Shown piece after piece: positions 25,934 to 35,088 of a stretch of DNA of 64,000 nt; the stretch's first letter is position 1, and the number at the start of each line of letters is the position of its first letter. The translations under genes were made by a program, and so were the position numbers. This stretch comes from an uncultured Candidatus Woesearchaeota archaeon (lineage in GTDB: Archaea > Nanobdellota > Nanobdellia > Woesearchaeales > GW2011-AR9): positions 89,719-153,718 of the forward strand of contig CABZYC010000001.1 in NCBI GenBank assembly GCA_902529885.1. The letters run 5' to 3'. The notes beneath the pieces were generated by a model, which was not told where the DNA came from, ran no database searches, and was given only the letters and a program-made list of their open reading frames with translations.

Positions 25934-26855
25934 ACAACCAACACAGTACACAGCAACAATAAGCGAATTATTAGAAGGCGGAATCATTAACATAGATAAG
26001 CCTAAAGGGCCTAGCAGCCACCAAACAAGCGATTATGTTAAGAAAATTCTGAACGTGAAAAAAGCTGGGCACAGTGGCACATTAGACCCAGCAGTCACAG
26101 GAGTACAACCTATTGCTTACGGGTGGGCAACCAGGATTATTGAATATTTTCTTACTGCCCCAAAAACTTATGTGGGCATAATGCATGTCCATAAACCTTT
26201 CACACTAAACGAGTTACAAAAAGTCGTGGAACAATTTCATGGAACAATTAAACAATTGCCACCAATCAAAAGTGCAGTAAAACGTCAAATACGTGATCGT
26301 AACATATACAAGTTAGAAATCAACGAAATTAAAGGACAAGATGTTATGTTCACAGTAACTTGTCAAGCAGGAACCTACATTAGAAAATTGTGTCATGATA
26401 TGGGTAAGGAACTAAAAAAAGGTGCGCACATGGCATCATTAAGAAGAACCAAAGCGGGACCAGTAGATGAACAAGACTGTTTAGTAACCCTTGATGACCT
26501 TCACGACGCAATGCAGTATTATAAAGAAGGGAACGATAGCATGCTAAAAACAATTATTCATCCCATCGAAATCGGTGTACGGCACCTCCCTAAAATTTAT
26601 GTTCATACTAACGCAATAAGATCTATTCAGAACGGCCGGGACCTTGCACGGCCAGGCATCATTGCATTAGACGAGTTTGATACCAATGACAAAGTTGCAG
26701 TTATGACAGACGATTCACGTCTTATTGCAGTAGGCATTGCATTAAAACCATATTATGAAGTTATAAATTCAACTAAAGGAATTGTTGTTAAAACAACTAA
26801 AGTTTTCCAGAGGGAAGTTCCACAATCTTTCCATCCCACCCTGGATTCAAAATAG
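25914..26855 (+). CDS. cbf5: tRNA/rRNA pseudouridine synthase Cbf5 (TruB family, with PUA domain)
   Basis: GIINIDKPKGPSSHQ…GHSGTLDPAVTGVQPIA is the TruB catalytic motif with the catalytic Asp in GTLDP. A C-terminal PUA-like segment follows. Confidence 0.9.
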   Translation: MNHILTEQPTQYTATISELLEGGIINIDKPKGPSSHQTSDYVKKILNVKKAGHSGTLDPAVTGVQPIAYGWATRIIEYFLTAPKTYVGIMHVHKPFTLNELQKVVEQFHGTIKQLPPIKSAVKRQIRDRNIYKLEINEIKGQDVMFTVTCQAGTYIRKLCHDMGKELKKGAHMASLRRTKAGPVDEQDCLVTLDDLHDAMQYYKEGNDSMLKTIIHPIEIGVRHLPKIYVHTNAIRSIQNGRDLARPGIIALDEFDTNDKVAVMTDDSRLIAVGIALKPYYEVINSTKGIVVKTTKVFQREVPQSFHPTLDSK

Positions 26856-27405
26856 TTACACCGTCAACTTCTGTGCAAACACCTGCAGATTCATGTATAT
26901 GACCCGAAAGAGCGATGACAGGCAATAACCGTTTCAAGCTTCGGCGAATATCTTTACATCCTACATGGCCAATAGACAAATTGTCTAAAGGAGTACCGTA
27001 CGGTGGCTGATGAGTTAACAAAATTATTTTCTCGTTTTTATATTTATTATACCATTCCCTTGCAATCTCTCGGTATTCATCATTCTCTAATAAGAAACCG
27101 CCGCCACCATACCCTAAAAGAACATATTCGCCTATCTTTACAGACTTACGATCACAATTAGTGATGTTATCATAAGATTTGACCATCTCATTAAAACTAG
27201 TATGTTCTTCATGGTTACCCGGGATCAAATAGACTGGCTTAGGCATTTTATCAAAATGTTCTAACACCTTACGAAGGTTTTGACCCATAAAAGTAAAATC
27301 CCCACAGATTATAATACAAGTAATATCGTCTGCCTCGGCAACTTTAGACAGACGTTTAATAATACTAAAGTCCGAATGGACATCAGTAAACGTCAAGAAT
27401 TTCAT
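26797..27405 (-). CDS. Calcineurin-like metallophosphoesterase
   Basis: Motifs DVHSD…ICGDFTFMG…IPGNHE…LTHQPP…GHIHE, the classic metallophosphatase set. The protein is 202 aa. Confidence 0.8.
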   Translation of the reverse strand: MKFLTFTDVHSDFSIIKRLSKVAEADDITCIIICGDFTFMGQNLRKVLEHFDKMPKPVYLIPGNHEEHTSFNEMVKSYDNITNCDRKSVKIGEYVLLGYGGGGFLLENDEYREIAREWYNKYKNEKIILLTHQPPYGTPLDNLSIGHVGCKDIRRSLKRLLPVIALSGHIHESAGVCTEVDGVTILNPGWDGKIVELPSGKL

Positions 27406-27992
27406 GCAATATAACTTTCTACGTTTTGAAGCTCAACATGACGAAGAACAACATCTTTTACTGGGAAAACACTGTTTAACACTTTTTTAAGGTCACTTTG
27501 AATCTTTTTACCAATAACGTTGTTTACTAATTCATTAAACTCTGTTGCAGAAATTAAAGTAGTTAACTCTTCAACTAATTTGTTACGTAACTGTACACCA
27601 GTTGAACGTGGACTTTTACCGTATGTTAAAATTAAGCCTTTCACCAAGATTTCTTTGTCATCTTTTGTTTTGAAACTGTGCACTGCATCTACTCGAGAAC
27701 TGTTTTTACGGACCATCCGTTTAACATAACCAGAATCAAGTGTATATTCTTTAATTAAAGTGTGTAGTTGGTTACCTTCAAGTTTGTTTACTGCTAAAGT
27801 GATATATACACTCTGGTCACGCATACTACCAGTAAGGTTCCTCATGTTAACACGCATACATCGGCCTAAACCGTTTTCAGGTGCAAATAAGTATGTTTCT
27901 CCAACCTCTTTCTCCCCGAATAATGCTGGAGCATGAACAGGATACCAAGCTTTTCGCTTAGATTTTGATTTTGTTTGACGTTTAGCTGCCAT
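27402..27992 (-). CDS. rps3ae: Ribosomal protein S3Ae (S1e)
   Basis: Start at MAAKRQTKSKSKRKAWYPVHAPALFG…; the track's GTG 4 codons upstream. This is the S3Ae family N-terminus. Confidence 0.9.
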   Translation of the reverse strand: MAAKRQTKSKSKRKAWYPVHAPALFGEKEVGETYLFAPENGLGRCMRVNMRNLTGSMRDQSVYITLAVNKLEGNQLHTLIKEYTLDSGYVKRMVRKNSSRVDAVHSFKTKDDKEILVKGLILTYGKSPRSTGVQLRNKLVEELTTLISATEFNELVNNVIGKKIQSDLKKVLNSVFPVKDVVLRHVELQNVESYIA

Positions 27993-28048
27993 TTGTATTC
28001 TCACTCAGTAGCGAACTATTTAAAAAGCTTACGACTCAACTGTATATA
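27993..28048. promoter_or_regulatory. Divergent promoter spacer (S3Ae / dppA-like)
   Basis: The spacer contains tgtatataat immediately upstream of the ATG at 28049 and is AT-rich. Confidence 0.3.
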
Positions 28049-28864
28049 ATGAACGTTTTAATCAGTAGCGATGTGGAAGGTGTGTGCGGAGTAGATGATT
28101 ACGAGTATATAAACGGCCTTGACAAAAACAAGCTTGAACAAGGCAAAAAATGGGTTACAGAAGAACTTAATGTACTTATTGACGTCTGCTTTGAAAAAGG
28201 TGCGAAAAAAGTTATGGTTGTTGATGGGCATGGGAAAGGTGACAACATTATCATGAATCTTCTTGACGACCGCGCGATGATACTTCGTAAGCATGAATAC
28301 AGAATGATCGAAGGTATCACAGACAATGTTAACTATTTAATTCTGCAGGGGTACCACGGGAAAGCCAACGTCGCAAACTCTTTTACGGCACACAGCTATT
28401 CAAGCTTCTTTTTTTCAGAAGTGCGTGTTAACGGCCGTAGTATTGGAGAATCTGAACTTAATGCTATGGTAGCTAAACAACTAGGTATCAAAACAATCTT
28501 ACTAACAGGAACAAAAGAAGCTATTAACGAATGTCAGATTAAAGGGTTACAAACAGTTGAAACTAAAGAAAGCCTATCATGGTCAACAGCACAGTCTTAT
28601 GACCAAAAAGTAGTTTTGAAAAAAATGAAAGAGAAGTGTGAACACGCATTTGACACAAAGGATTCTATTGATTACATTGACGACGAAATTTATAATGTGG
28701 AGATTGAAGTTGAATTGAACCATTTAGCAATAGCAGAATTGTTAGCATACCCACGAATTAATCCTAAAACGATTTCTTTTGATGCACCGAGTATTGAAGA
28801 TGCGTACCTAGAACTAATGCGTATTGGACAAGCATGTAAAAAGTTGTATTCAACAATTTATTGA
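28049..28864 (+). CDS. dppA: D-aminopeptidase DppA family (peptidase M55)
   Basis: The N-terminus MNVLISSDVEGVCGVDDYEY matches M55 'MKxxISADxEGxxGV'. The downstream VVDGHG and HGKANV regions are conserved. The protein is 271 aa. Confidence 0.8.
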   Translation: MNVLISSDVEGVCGVDDYEYINGLDKNKLEQGKKWVTEELNVLIDVCFEKGAKKVMVVDGHGKGDNIIMNLLDDRAMILRKHEYRMIEGITDNVNYLILQGYHGKANVANSFTAHSYSSFFFSEVRVNGRSIGESELNAMVAKQLGIKTILLTGTKEAINECQIKGLQTVETKESLSWSTAQSYDQKVVLKKMKEKCEHAFDTKDSIDYIDDEIYNVEIEVELNHLAIAELLAYPRINPKTISFDAPSIEDAYLELMRIGQACKKLYSTIY

Positions 28865-29845
28865 ATTATACAATTTACTCATAAACTGGTCCACCAAATC
28901 ACGGCGACCAGCATAAATGAAGTCTTCGGTAGCAGGAGACGGATTCAATATTTCAAGTTCGCTCACATAAGGGTTAAGGTTCTCATCCGTAACAATATCA
29001 ACACGATAAAATGTAGGGTTATAACCATTATCACTGAGCCAACCACCAATATCACGAGTTAGCTCTACTTCTTTTTTGTTTGGTTCATAAGGATTAACAT
29101 CAACATGTGTTTGAGCTCTACCCCAAGCCATGATCGGCTTACCATTACCCTCATACCCGCTAAGCGTATGAATACGAGGCAAAACAATATCTTCACCTAC
29201 CACCATTAATTTACGTTCACCTCGTTCAGTGAAACCAGTCATATAAGGCTGATGAATTAGTCCCTGAGTAGTACCATAAAAGTCACCTCGCCCAAACTTG
29301 GTATACAAACCTTCTTTTTGCTCACCAGTTAACTGAGATGTTACTTCTGTTCCAATACCGCGCTCGCTAACAAGAGGTTTTACGATCCCAGTAGTTAAAC
29401 TCAATAGATGGTCTAACGATTTAACAGCAGTGGTCGGTACAACAGGTATCCCTGCTTGTTGTAACCGTAACAAATACTGTTTACTAATGAAATCTTGTAC
29501 AACGTTGTAAGGGTTATGTGTCGGAATCCCGCACTTCTGCGCACGTCGGTATAAAGCTAAAAATTCAGGCATATCATTTGTTAACGCAGTCACTCTATAC
29601 GGACTAGATTGTCCTACTGCCCCCATAAATAACACGTCCAACTCTTCAAACTTAATTTCTGATTCTCGGTAACGCCCACTATATTTTCGGCGAAGGTCAA
29701 TCATGTCACCAGTATAAATGTCTAAGCCTACAACTGGCCCTTGTTGCCTGAACGCTTTAATAAACTCACATGTTTTATCAGATATATCGTCGTACTGGTC
29801 ATTTTGTACACGGTTCAATAAGATACCCATTAATTTTTTATCCAT
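28850..29845 (-). CDS. ATP-grasp family ligase (substrate unknown)
   Basis: A 331-aa protein with ATP-grasp motifs GIVKPLVSERGIGTEV (the Lys/Gly loop), a central QPYM segment and a C-terminal RVDIVTDENLNPYVSELEILNPSP (E…N..P Mg/ATP motif). Its start overlaps the upstream racemase stop by 8 nt. Confidence 0.75.
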   Translation of the reverse strand: MDKKLMGILLNRVQNDQYDDISDKTCEFIKAFRQQGPVVGLDIYTGDMIDLRRKYSGRYRESEIKFEELDVLFMGAVGQSSPYRVTALTNDMPEFLALYRRAQKCGIPTHNPYNVVQDFISKQYLLRLQQAGIPVVPTTAVKSLDHLLSLTTGIVKPLVSERGIGTEVTSQLTGEQKEGLYTKFGRGDFYGTTQGLIHQPYMTGFTERGERKLMVVGEDIVLPRIHTLSGYEGNGKPIMAWGRAQTHVDVNPYEPNKKEVELTRDIGGWLSDNGYNPTFYRVDIVTDENLNPYVSELEILNPSPATEDFIYAGRRDLVDQFMSKLYNSINC

Positions 29846-30575
29846 TTAATTCTCCTACCGCTACCACTTCTGAACTTACAACCTCACCAACCTCTTCTTT
29901 AACAAGACGTAACGTTTCAAGAGCAACACAGTATGATGGATCTACTAAAGGAACACTGTGTTCTTCATTCTTCATTACCAAAGGAATTTCTGTACAGCCC
30001 ATAACAACACACTCTGCCCCTTTCATTATCAAAGAGTCAGCAACACGGTCCATTATAGCTTTCCCAGCTAAATGTTGACCCGCCTTAACCAAATAGATTG
30101 CATCAGTCATTGCTTGTTGATCTTCTTCACAAGGGTCCACTACTTCAAACCCATATTTCTCCAACGCGGCACGATACAATCCAAACTTAGTAGTCACATT
30201 TGTACCTAATACACCCACTTTTTTAAAAGAATAATGTTGTTTAATATGCACCGATGTCACATCCATAAAATTGAGTATTGGAATAGTTATATTTGGTTGA
30301 ATCTCAGATATAAAATAATGTGCAGTGTTACAAGGCATAATAATATGGCTTACCCCACACATTTCCAATTGCTGTGCCATCTTGATCATTTCGGGAACAG
30401 GACTTTCACCGTCACCCCATATTGCATCTAGCCGGTGAGGTAACAAAGAATTATTCCATACAAGAATAGGTATATGGTCCTGGTCACACCCCGCAGGAGT
30501 CACTGAAAATAATAGTTGTGCCATTTGATTTGTAGCTTCAGGACCCATCCCACCAAGTATGCCTATTGGTTTCAT
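29838..30575 (-). CDS. Aspartate racemase (Asp/Glu racemase superfamily)
   Basis: Start at internal ATG MKPIGILGGMGPEATNQ, the canonical aspartate racemase N-terminus. The conserved Cys regions (MPCNTAHYF, GCTEIPL) are present. The ORF track's GTG adds 6 aa. Confidence 0.9.
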   Translation of the reverse strand: MKPIGILGGMGPEATNQMAQLLFSVTPAGCDQDHIPILVWNNSLLPHRLDAIWGDGESPVPEMIKMAQQLEMCGVSHIIMPCNTAHYFISEIQPNITIPILNFMDVTSVHIKQHYSFKKVGVLGTNVTTKFGLYRAALEKYGFEVVDPCEEDQQAMTDAIYLVKAGQHLAGKAIMDRVADSLIMKGAECVVMGCTEIPLVMKNEEHSVPLVDPSYCVALETLRLVKEEVGEVVSSEVVAVGELNG

Positions 30576-30593
30576 TAAGAAATAGGTACACAC

Positions 30594-30819
30594 ACACCTA
30601 TTTAAACATAATGGATATCAACTCAATCTCGATTTAAAGAGAATTACTGGCCTTTTAGTTGGCCGAAAAGACAGAAACACATATCTTTTAACTGTTTAAA
30701 CCTCATTTTGTCCTTTAAACTAAGCAAGGCGTTAATCAAAATCAAGCAATACCTAATTGTAACCACTACCAAGATGTAATGGAAGATAGATTTAAGTAAT
30801 AAAAGAAAATCAACTATAG
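30594..30819. promoter_or_regulatory. Largest intergenic region (226 nt); divergent promoters for the racemase/ATP-grasp operon and the 30820 gene
   Basis: An AT-rich spacer with no convincing ORF; the 61-aa reverse ORF at 30644-30829 has no support. It contains a short GGCC-TTTTAGTT-GGCC hairpin-like element. No tRNA-like structure was seen on either strand. Confidence 0.3.
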
Positions 30820-31404
30820 GTGGGACCATATCTACAGAGTACAGAATATACTACTGCTGCAGCAAGTTTAGTATACATATTACATGAACTAACCGGCCAA
30901 ATTCAAAATACGTGGATTGAACTTGACATTTGGAGAAGTTCAGCATTATTACCAACACGAGCATCATCAATATATGGACTTGCAAATTATTGTGCCAAGC
31001 AAGGACTTAAAGCAACGATCATTATTCAAAAAAAACAGTACAGTTTCCCAGACTACCGTTTTTTTAGATACAAAAAAACAGACATAGATATTGCAAAGGA
31101 CATGCAAGATTATTATCAAAGGCAGGCAGTCATTTTAAACATACCAATCATTAAGCAAAAAATAGATGTTGAAACCATCAAATCTTATAACAAACAAATA
31201 ATGTTGGTTAGATTAAACCCAAGGGTATGGAGAGGAACAACAACAAGCAATTTTGTTGTAGTTAAACCAATAAATGAACACTTTATCATAATGGATCCAG
31301 CAATAGGTCAATTTTGTATCACAGCAGAAACGTTACAACAAGCATTAAATGACCTACAAGATAAAAAAAAAAGAGAACCACAGTTACTTGTCTTGCAAAG
31401 CTAA
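30820..31404 (+). CDS. Hypothetical protein, possibly papain/C39-like peptidase fold (uncertain); GTG start
   Basis: A 194-aa ORF that begins at GTG immediately after an in-frame stop; there is no in-frame ATG until residue 105. The N-terminus QSTEYTTAAASLVYILHELTG resembles the C39-type 'Q…CG.A.L…' helix but lacks the Cys; a Cys occurs later (ANYCAKQG). Confidence 0.35.
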   Translation: MGPYLQSTEYTTAAASLVYILHELTGQIQNTWIELDIWRSSALLPTRASSIYGLANYCAKQGLKATIIIQKKQYSFPDYRFFRYKKTDIDIAKDMQDYYQRQAVILNIPIIKQKIDVETIKSYNKQIMLVRLNPRVWRGTTTSNFVVVKPINEHFIIMDPAIGQFCITAETLQQALNDLQDKKKREPQLLVLQS

Positions 31405-32370
31405 TACCTTCCGATAACTTTCATCAATCTGTGATTCAGGAATTAAACCTGAACGAACAGCGCTAGCCACCGTTTTTATAAAAAAATCTAAATCTGCTGG
31501 ATCTTCCGAAAAATAAGGGACCATGTCAACACCAGCAATCATGACAGACAAATAAGCTTCTTCAACTGAATCGTACCGATCCATTAAACCAAGCATGCTA
31601 ATCTCGTCACTCACAACAATGCCAGAGTAAGAATTTTTTAAGTTAGTGATTATAATAGGGCTTGCACTATTAGGTAAACCCATACTGTCAACTTGACCAG
31701 TAGAAACAAGATGGTTCACCATTACCATTGAAGGCGATGATGCACCTATTACTTCATTAAACACAAACAGATCATCTTCATGAACAATAGACGAAGCAAT
31801 TTCTAAGTGTGTATCATCAAAAAGAGTTGCACCAGGATAATGTTTAACGGCAACAAATATGCCACCGTTTTGGAAAAAGTCTACATATTGAGTACCAAAC
31901 CGAACAACTTCATCTTTTTCAAACCCCAAACTCCTACAACCCCATACACTATCACCTAAATCTAATACGGGAGCAAAATTTATCGTTGCACCAACTTGGT
32001 TCATTGCAGCCAAGTCCGATTCCATCTTTGGTAACCACTGGGATTCGTCCAAAGTATGAAGGTCAAGAGAATCATGCCAAGGAAAAGGATTACGACACCC
32101 TTCGAGATCAACACTTACTTGCACTGAAGGATCAATGGACCTGTACGAATCTATTAAGTCATGATAAGAATCAACTGAATCACGGTTAAATACATGCACT
32201 GTTTTAACCCCCATTGAAACATGTTTAACAGCATTATCAGGGTTGGCAGCAGCAATTAATAAAGCTCCAACCTTTTTTTCAAGTACATCGTATTCCGTTG
32301 TCGTCCCAACTGCAAAACTTGCTAAAATCAAGTTTAAAAAAATAAGGATTATAAGCACAAAATACTTCAT
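31384..32370 (-). CDS. Secreted glycoside hydrolase family 3 N-terminal domain protein (NagZ-like beta-N-acetylhexosaminidase)
   Basis: A signal peptide (MKYFVLIILIFLNLILASFAVG) is followed by GH3 motifs INFAPVLDLGD…R, GIFVAVKHYPG (the KHFPG motif) and DDTHLE. The protein is 328 aa and single-domain. Confidence 0.8.
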   Translation of the reverse strand: MKYFVLIILIFLNLILASFAVGTTTEYDVLEKKVGALLIAAANPDNAVKHVSMGVKTVHVFNRDSVDSYHDLIDSYRSIDPSVQVSVDLEGCRNPFPWHDSLDLHTLDESQWLPKMESDLAAMNQVGATINFAPVLDLGDSVWGCRSLGFEKDEVVRFGTQYVDFFQNGGIFVAVKHYPGATLFDDTHLEIASSIVHEDDLFVFNEVIGASSPSMVMVNHLVSTGQVDSMGLPNSASPIIITNLKNSYSGIVVSDEISMLGLMDRYDSVEEAYLSVMIAGVDMVPYFSEDPADLDFFIKTVASAVRSGLIPESQIDESYRKVLALQDK

Positions 32371-32615
32371 GAATATACACCCTCACAAAATGTTTCAATA
32401 CGCGAATTTGTTTGAGCATGTTCACAACTTTCAAAATTGCATTGAGTATAAAGAGCATAACAACAGTCGGCCAAAGATAACTCTGTACCATGGGCAGTTT
32501 GACACGAATAATCACTCGAGATATCACCGGTGACATCCATGGAAGTTAAACCAGATAAAAGGTATATTGTAGAACAAAATAAAATTGCGTTTAACAGCCA
32601 AACCTTACTAATCAT
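32367..32615 (-). CDS. Small secreted Cys-rich protein (hypothetical)
   Basis: An 82-aa protein with a signal peptide (VWLLNAILFCSTIYLLSGL) and a mature part with 8 Cys. It overlaps the GH3 gene start as ATGA, so it is co-transcribed upstream of GH3. Confidence 0.45.
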   Translation of the reverse strand: MISKVWLLNAILFCSTIYLLSGLTSMDVTGDISSDYSCQTAHGTELSLADCCYALYTQCNFESCEHAQTNSRIETFCEGVYS

Positions 32616-32695
32616 CCATACACTTAATATGTTACTAAATATAACTATGTCGGTTGAACGTTACTTTTATATACTTATTTTGCAATATTTAACTC
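32616..32695. promoter_or_regulatory. Divergent promoter spacer (Cys-rich/GH3 operon vs ABC-exporter operon)
   Basis: The spacer contains ttttatatactt, a TATA-like element ~25 nt upstream of the ATG at 32696. Confidence 0.3.
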
Positions 32696-33886
32696 ATGAG
32701 ATACATCATAGTATTATTATTATTATCTAGCGTTGTTTTCGCAGCGCAAGATATTGAGTTTACACTCACTAAGATTAGCCAAACACCTGACCCAGTTGAG
32801 CCAGGGGACGTGGTCGAGATTAATTATAAAATTGAAAATGAAGGAGATGAAACTACAGAAGATGTAATCATTGAGATTATACCAAATTATCCTTTATCAA
32901 GTTATGACGGAGTAACAGAATATAATCTAGGAAAACTGCCTGCATCAGTAAGCGGGAGCCACACTGAAACAGTAACCTTCAAATTAAAAATTGACGAAGG
33001 CGCAGTCGGAGGAGACATTAATCTTGATACGAAAATATCTTCAGGTGAAACCACTTATACCTACGATGAAGGGGAATATGTTGTAGACGTTCGTGCTAAC
33101 GATGCAATTTTAACAATTGATTCCATTGATGTTTATCCAGACAAAGTTGAAGCTGGGGACATTGTTCAAATAGATATTAGCTTGCTTAATACAGCTGATA
33201 CAGTGATAAAAGACGTATCATACGAAGTTGATTTAAACGATGCCCCATTTGCACCATACCAAAGTTCTAGTGTTCAACAAATAGACCTAATCTCAAGTTC
33301 GAGTAATGGGCAGATTGAATATTCGTTATTGGTTGACCCACAAGCAAGTTCAGGATTATACAAAATAAATAGTACAATAACATACTATGATGATGAAGGC
33401 ACAGAATATACTATAGACGACATTTTAGCGATTAGTGTTTATGAAACACCACAACTTCGAGCTTACGTAAAACGTAATAGTATAGATAGTAACACAGGAC
33501 AAGGTGACGTTACAATAGAGATTGCAAACGCAGGTATTAGTAACCTCAAATTATTAGAACTTACGGTAAAAGATAGTGCAGATTTTACTTTACTTTCACC
33601 AACTAATTACTTCTACGTTGGCGATATTGAAAGTGATGATACAGAAAGTGAAGATGTTACTATACACACAGACGTTCGTGGATCATTCAATATACCCTTA
33701 ACCCTTAATTATAGAGACCTAAACAATATGCAGTATGAACAAGATATTAACATACCCATTACAGTATTATCAAAAAATGATCAATACCAATATGGCCTTG
33801 AGGAACGTAGTTATAAGTCAGTGATTATAACATGCATTTTACTATTAGGTATTATAGGGTTTGTATGGTATAAAAGAAAGAAATGA
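32696..33886 (+). CDS. Surface-exposed beta-rich protein with C-terminal TM anchor (COG1361 'S-layer domain'-like), first gene of the ABC exporter operon
   Basis: A signal peptide (MRYIIVLLLLSSVVFAAQD) is followed by repeated ~100-aa beta-sandwich-like modules, a C-terminal TM (VIITCILLLGIIGFVWY) and a KRKK tail. It overlaps the permease start as ATGA. Confidence 0.6.
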   Translation: MRYIIVLLLLSSVVFAAQDIEFTLTKISQTPDPVEPGDVVEINYKIENEGDETTEDVIIEIIPNYPLSSYDGVTEYNLGKLPASVSGSHTETVTFKLKIDEGAVGGDINLDTKISSGETTYTYDEGEYVVDVRANDAILTIDSIDVYPDKVEAGDIVQIDISLLNTADTVIKDVSYEVDLNDAPFAPYQSSSVQQIDLISSSSNGQIEYSLLVDPQASSGLYKINSTITYYDDEGTEYTIDDILAISVYETPQLRAYVKRNSIDSNTGQGDVTIEIANAGISNLKLLELTVKDSADFTLLSPTNYFYVGDIESDDTESEDVTIHTDVRGSFNIPLTLNYRDLNNMQYEQDINIPITVLSKNDQYQYGLEERSYKSVIITCILLLGIIGFVWYKRKK

Positions 33887-35088
33887 TCCAATATTTTAAA
33901 CTGGCAGTACAAAATAATAGTACACGTAAAACCCGTACTGCTCTCACACTGATAGGTATATTTATTGGAATTGCTGCAGTAGTAAGTTTGATTAGTTTAT
34001 CCGAAGGATTAGAAACAGCAATCACAGAACAATTCTTATCATTAGGCAGCGACAAAATTGTAATTCAAGCAGCTGGCGGTGTATTCGGTCCACCTGGATC
34101 AGGGATAGTTGAAAAACTTAGTGATGATGACCTTAAAGCAATACAGTCAGTTAATGATATCGATACTGCTTTTGGTCGACTCATACAACAAGTAAGACTT
34201 GAATTTAATGATGAAATAAAATATACTTATGTTGTATCATGGCCAGAAAAAACTAAACCCCAAGAAATCCTTATTGACACATTCAATTATGAAGCATACT
34301 ACGGCGATTTCCCTGAAAAAGATGGAGAGATTATGATCAACGAAAAATATGCTGACACATGGTTCGAAAAAGAGTTAGGGTTACGAAGCAAGATTTTAGT
34401 TGAAGGAAAAGAGTACAAAGTTACAGGCATCTTAAAAAAAACCGGTGATCCACGGGTCGATGATAGTTTGCTCATTGCAGAAGATAGTTTACGTAACGTT
34501 CTAAACATTGACGAAGATTACGACCTTATTGTTGCAACAATGGTGCCTGGCGCAATAGTGAGCACGGTACGTGACCGCCTTGAGACAGTGTTACGCAGTT
34601 CAAGAGACGTCGAGGAGGGTGAAGAAAATTTTCAAATTGAAACACCAGATAATCTTGCGAACACGCTTGGTAGTATCATTCTAATAATCCAAGGCGTACT
34701 TGTTGGTATTGCAAGTATTAGCCTTCTTATTGGAGGGATAGGCATCATGAATACTATGTATACCAGCGTTTATGAACGAACAAAAGAAATAGGGATTATG
34801 AAAGCGATTGGCGCTTCAAGAAAAAAGATTTTAACCTTATTTTTAATTGAATCAGGCATATTAGGAGTTATAGGTGCGGTGATAGGAGTTATACTTGGTT
34901 TAACATTAAGTTACTCCATAGAATTTTTAGGAAACATACAATTCTCAAGCAACCTTATTAAGGCACAATTTGACATAAAAATTATTCTCGGGATGATTCT
35001 TTTCGGTTTCTTATTAGGAAGCATTTCAGGGTTATTACCTGCTTTGCAAGCAAGCAAATTAGAACCAGTGGAGGCATTTAGAAAATGA
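33883..35088 (+). CDS. ABC transporter permease, FtsX/MacB-like (1 N-terminal TM + large extracytoplasmic domain + 3 C-terminal TMs)
   Basis: A 401-aa protein with the architecture and C-terminal conserved FtsX region (RTKEIGIMKAIGASRKKILTLFLIESGILG). Confidence 0.85.
   Translation: MIQYFKLAVQNNSTRKTRTALTLIGIFIGIAAVVSLISLSEGLETAITEQFLSLGSDKIVIQAAGGVFGPPGSGIVEKLSDDDLKAIQSVNDIDTAFGRLIQQVRLEFNDEIKYTYVVSWPEKTKPQEILIDTFNYEAYYGDFPEKDGEIMINEKYADTWFEKELGLRSKILVEGKEYKVTGILKKTGDPRVDDSLLIAEDSLRNVLNIDEDYDLIVATMVPGAIVSTVRDRLETVLRSSRDVEEGEENFQIETPDNLANTLGSIILIIQGVLVGIASISLLIGGIGIMNTMYTSVYERTKEIGIMKAIGASRKKILTLFLIESGILGVIGAVIGVILGLTLSYSIEFLGNIQFSSNLIKAQFDIKIILGMILFGFLLGSISGLLPALQASKLEPVEAFRK

Noticed and set aside
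30644-30829. 61-aa reverse ORF in the 226-nt intergenic region
   Set aside because: It has no recognisable features and lies in an AT-rich promoter spacer between divergent genes. It is most likely spurious.
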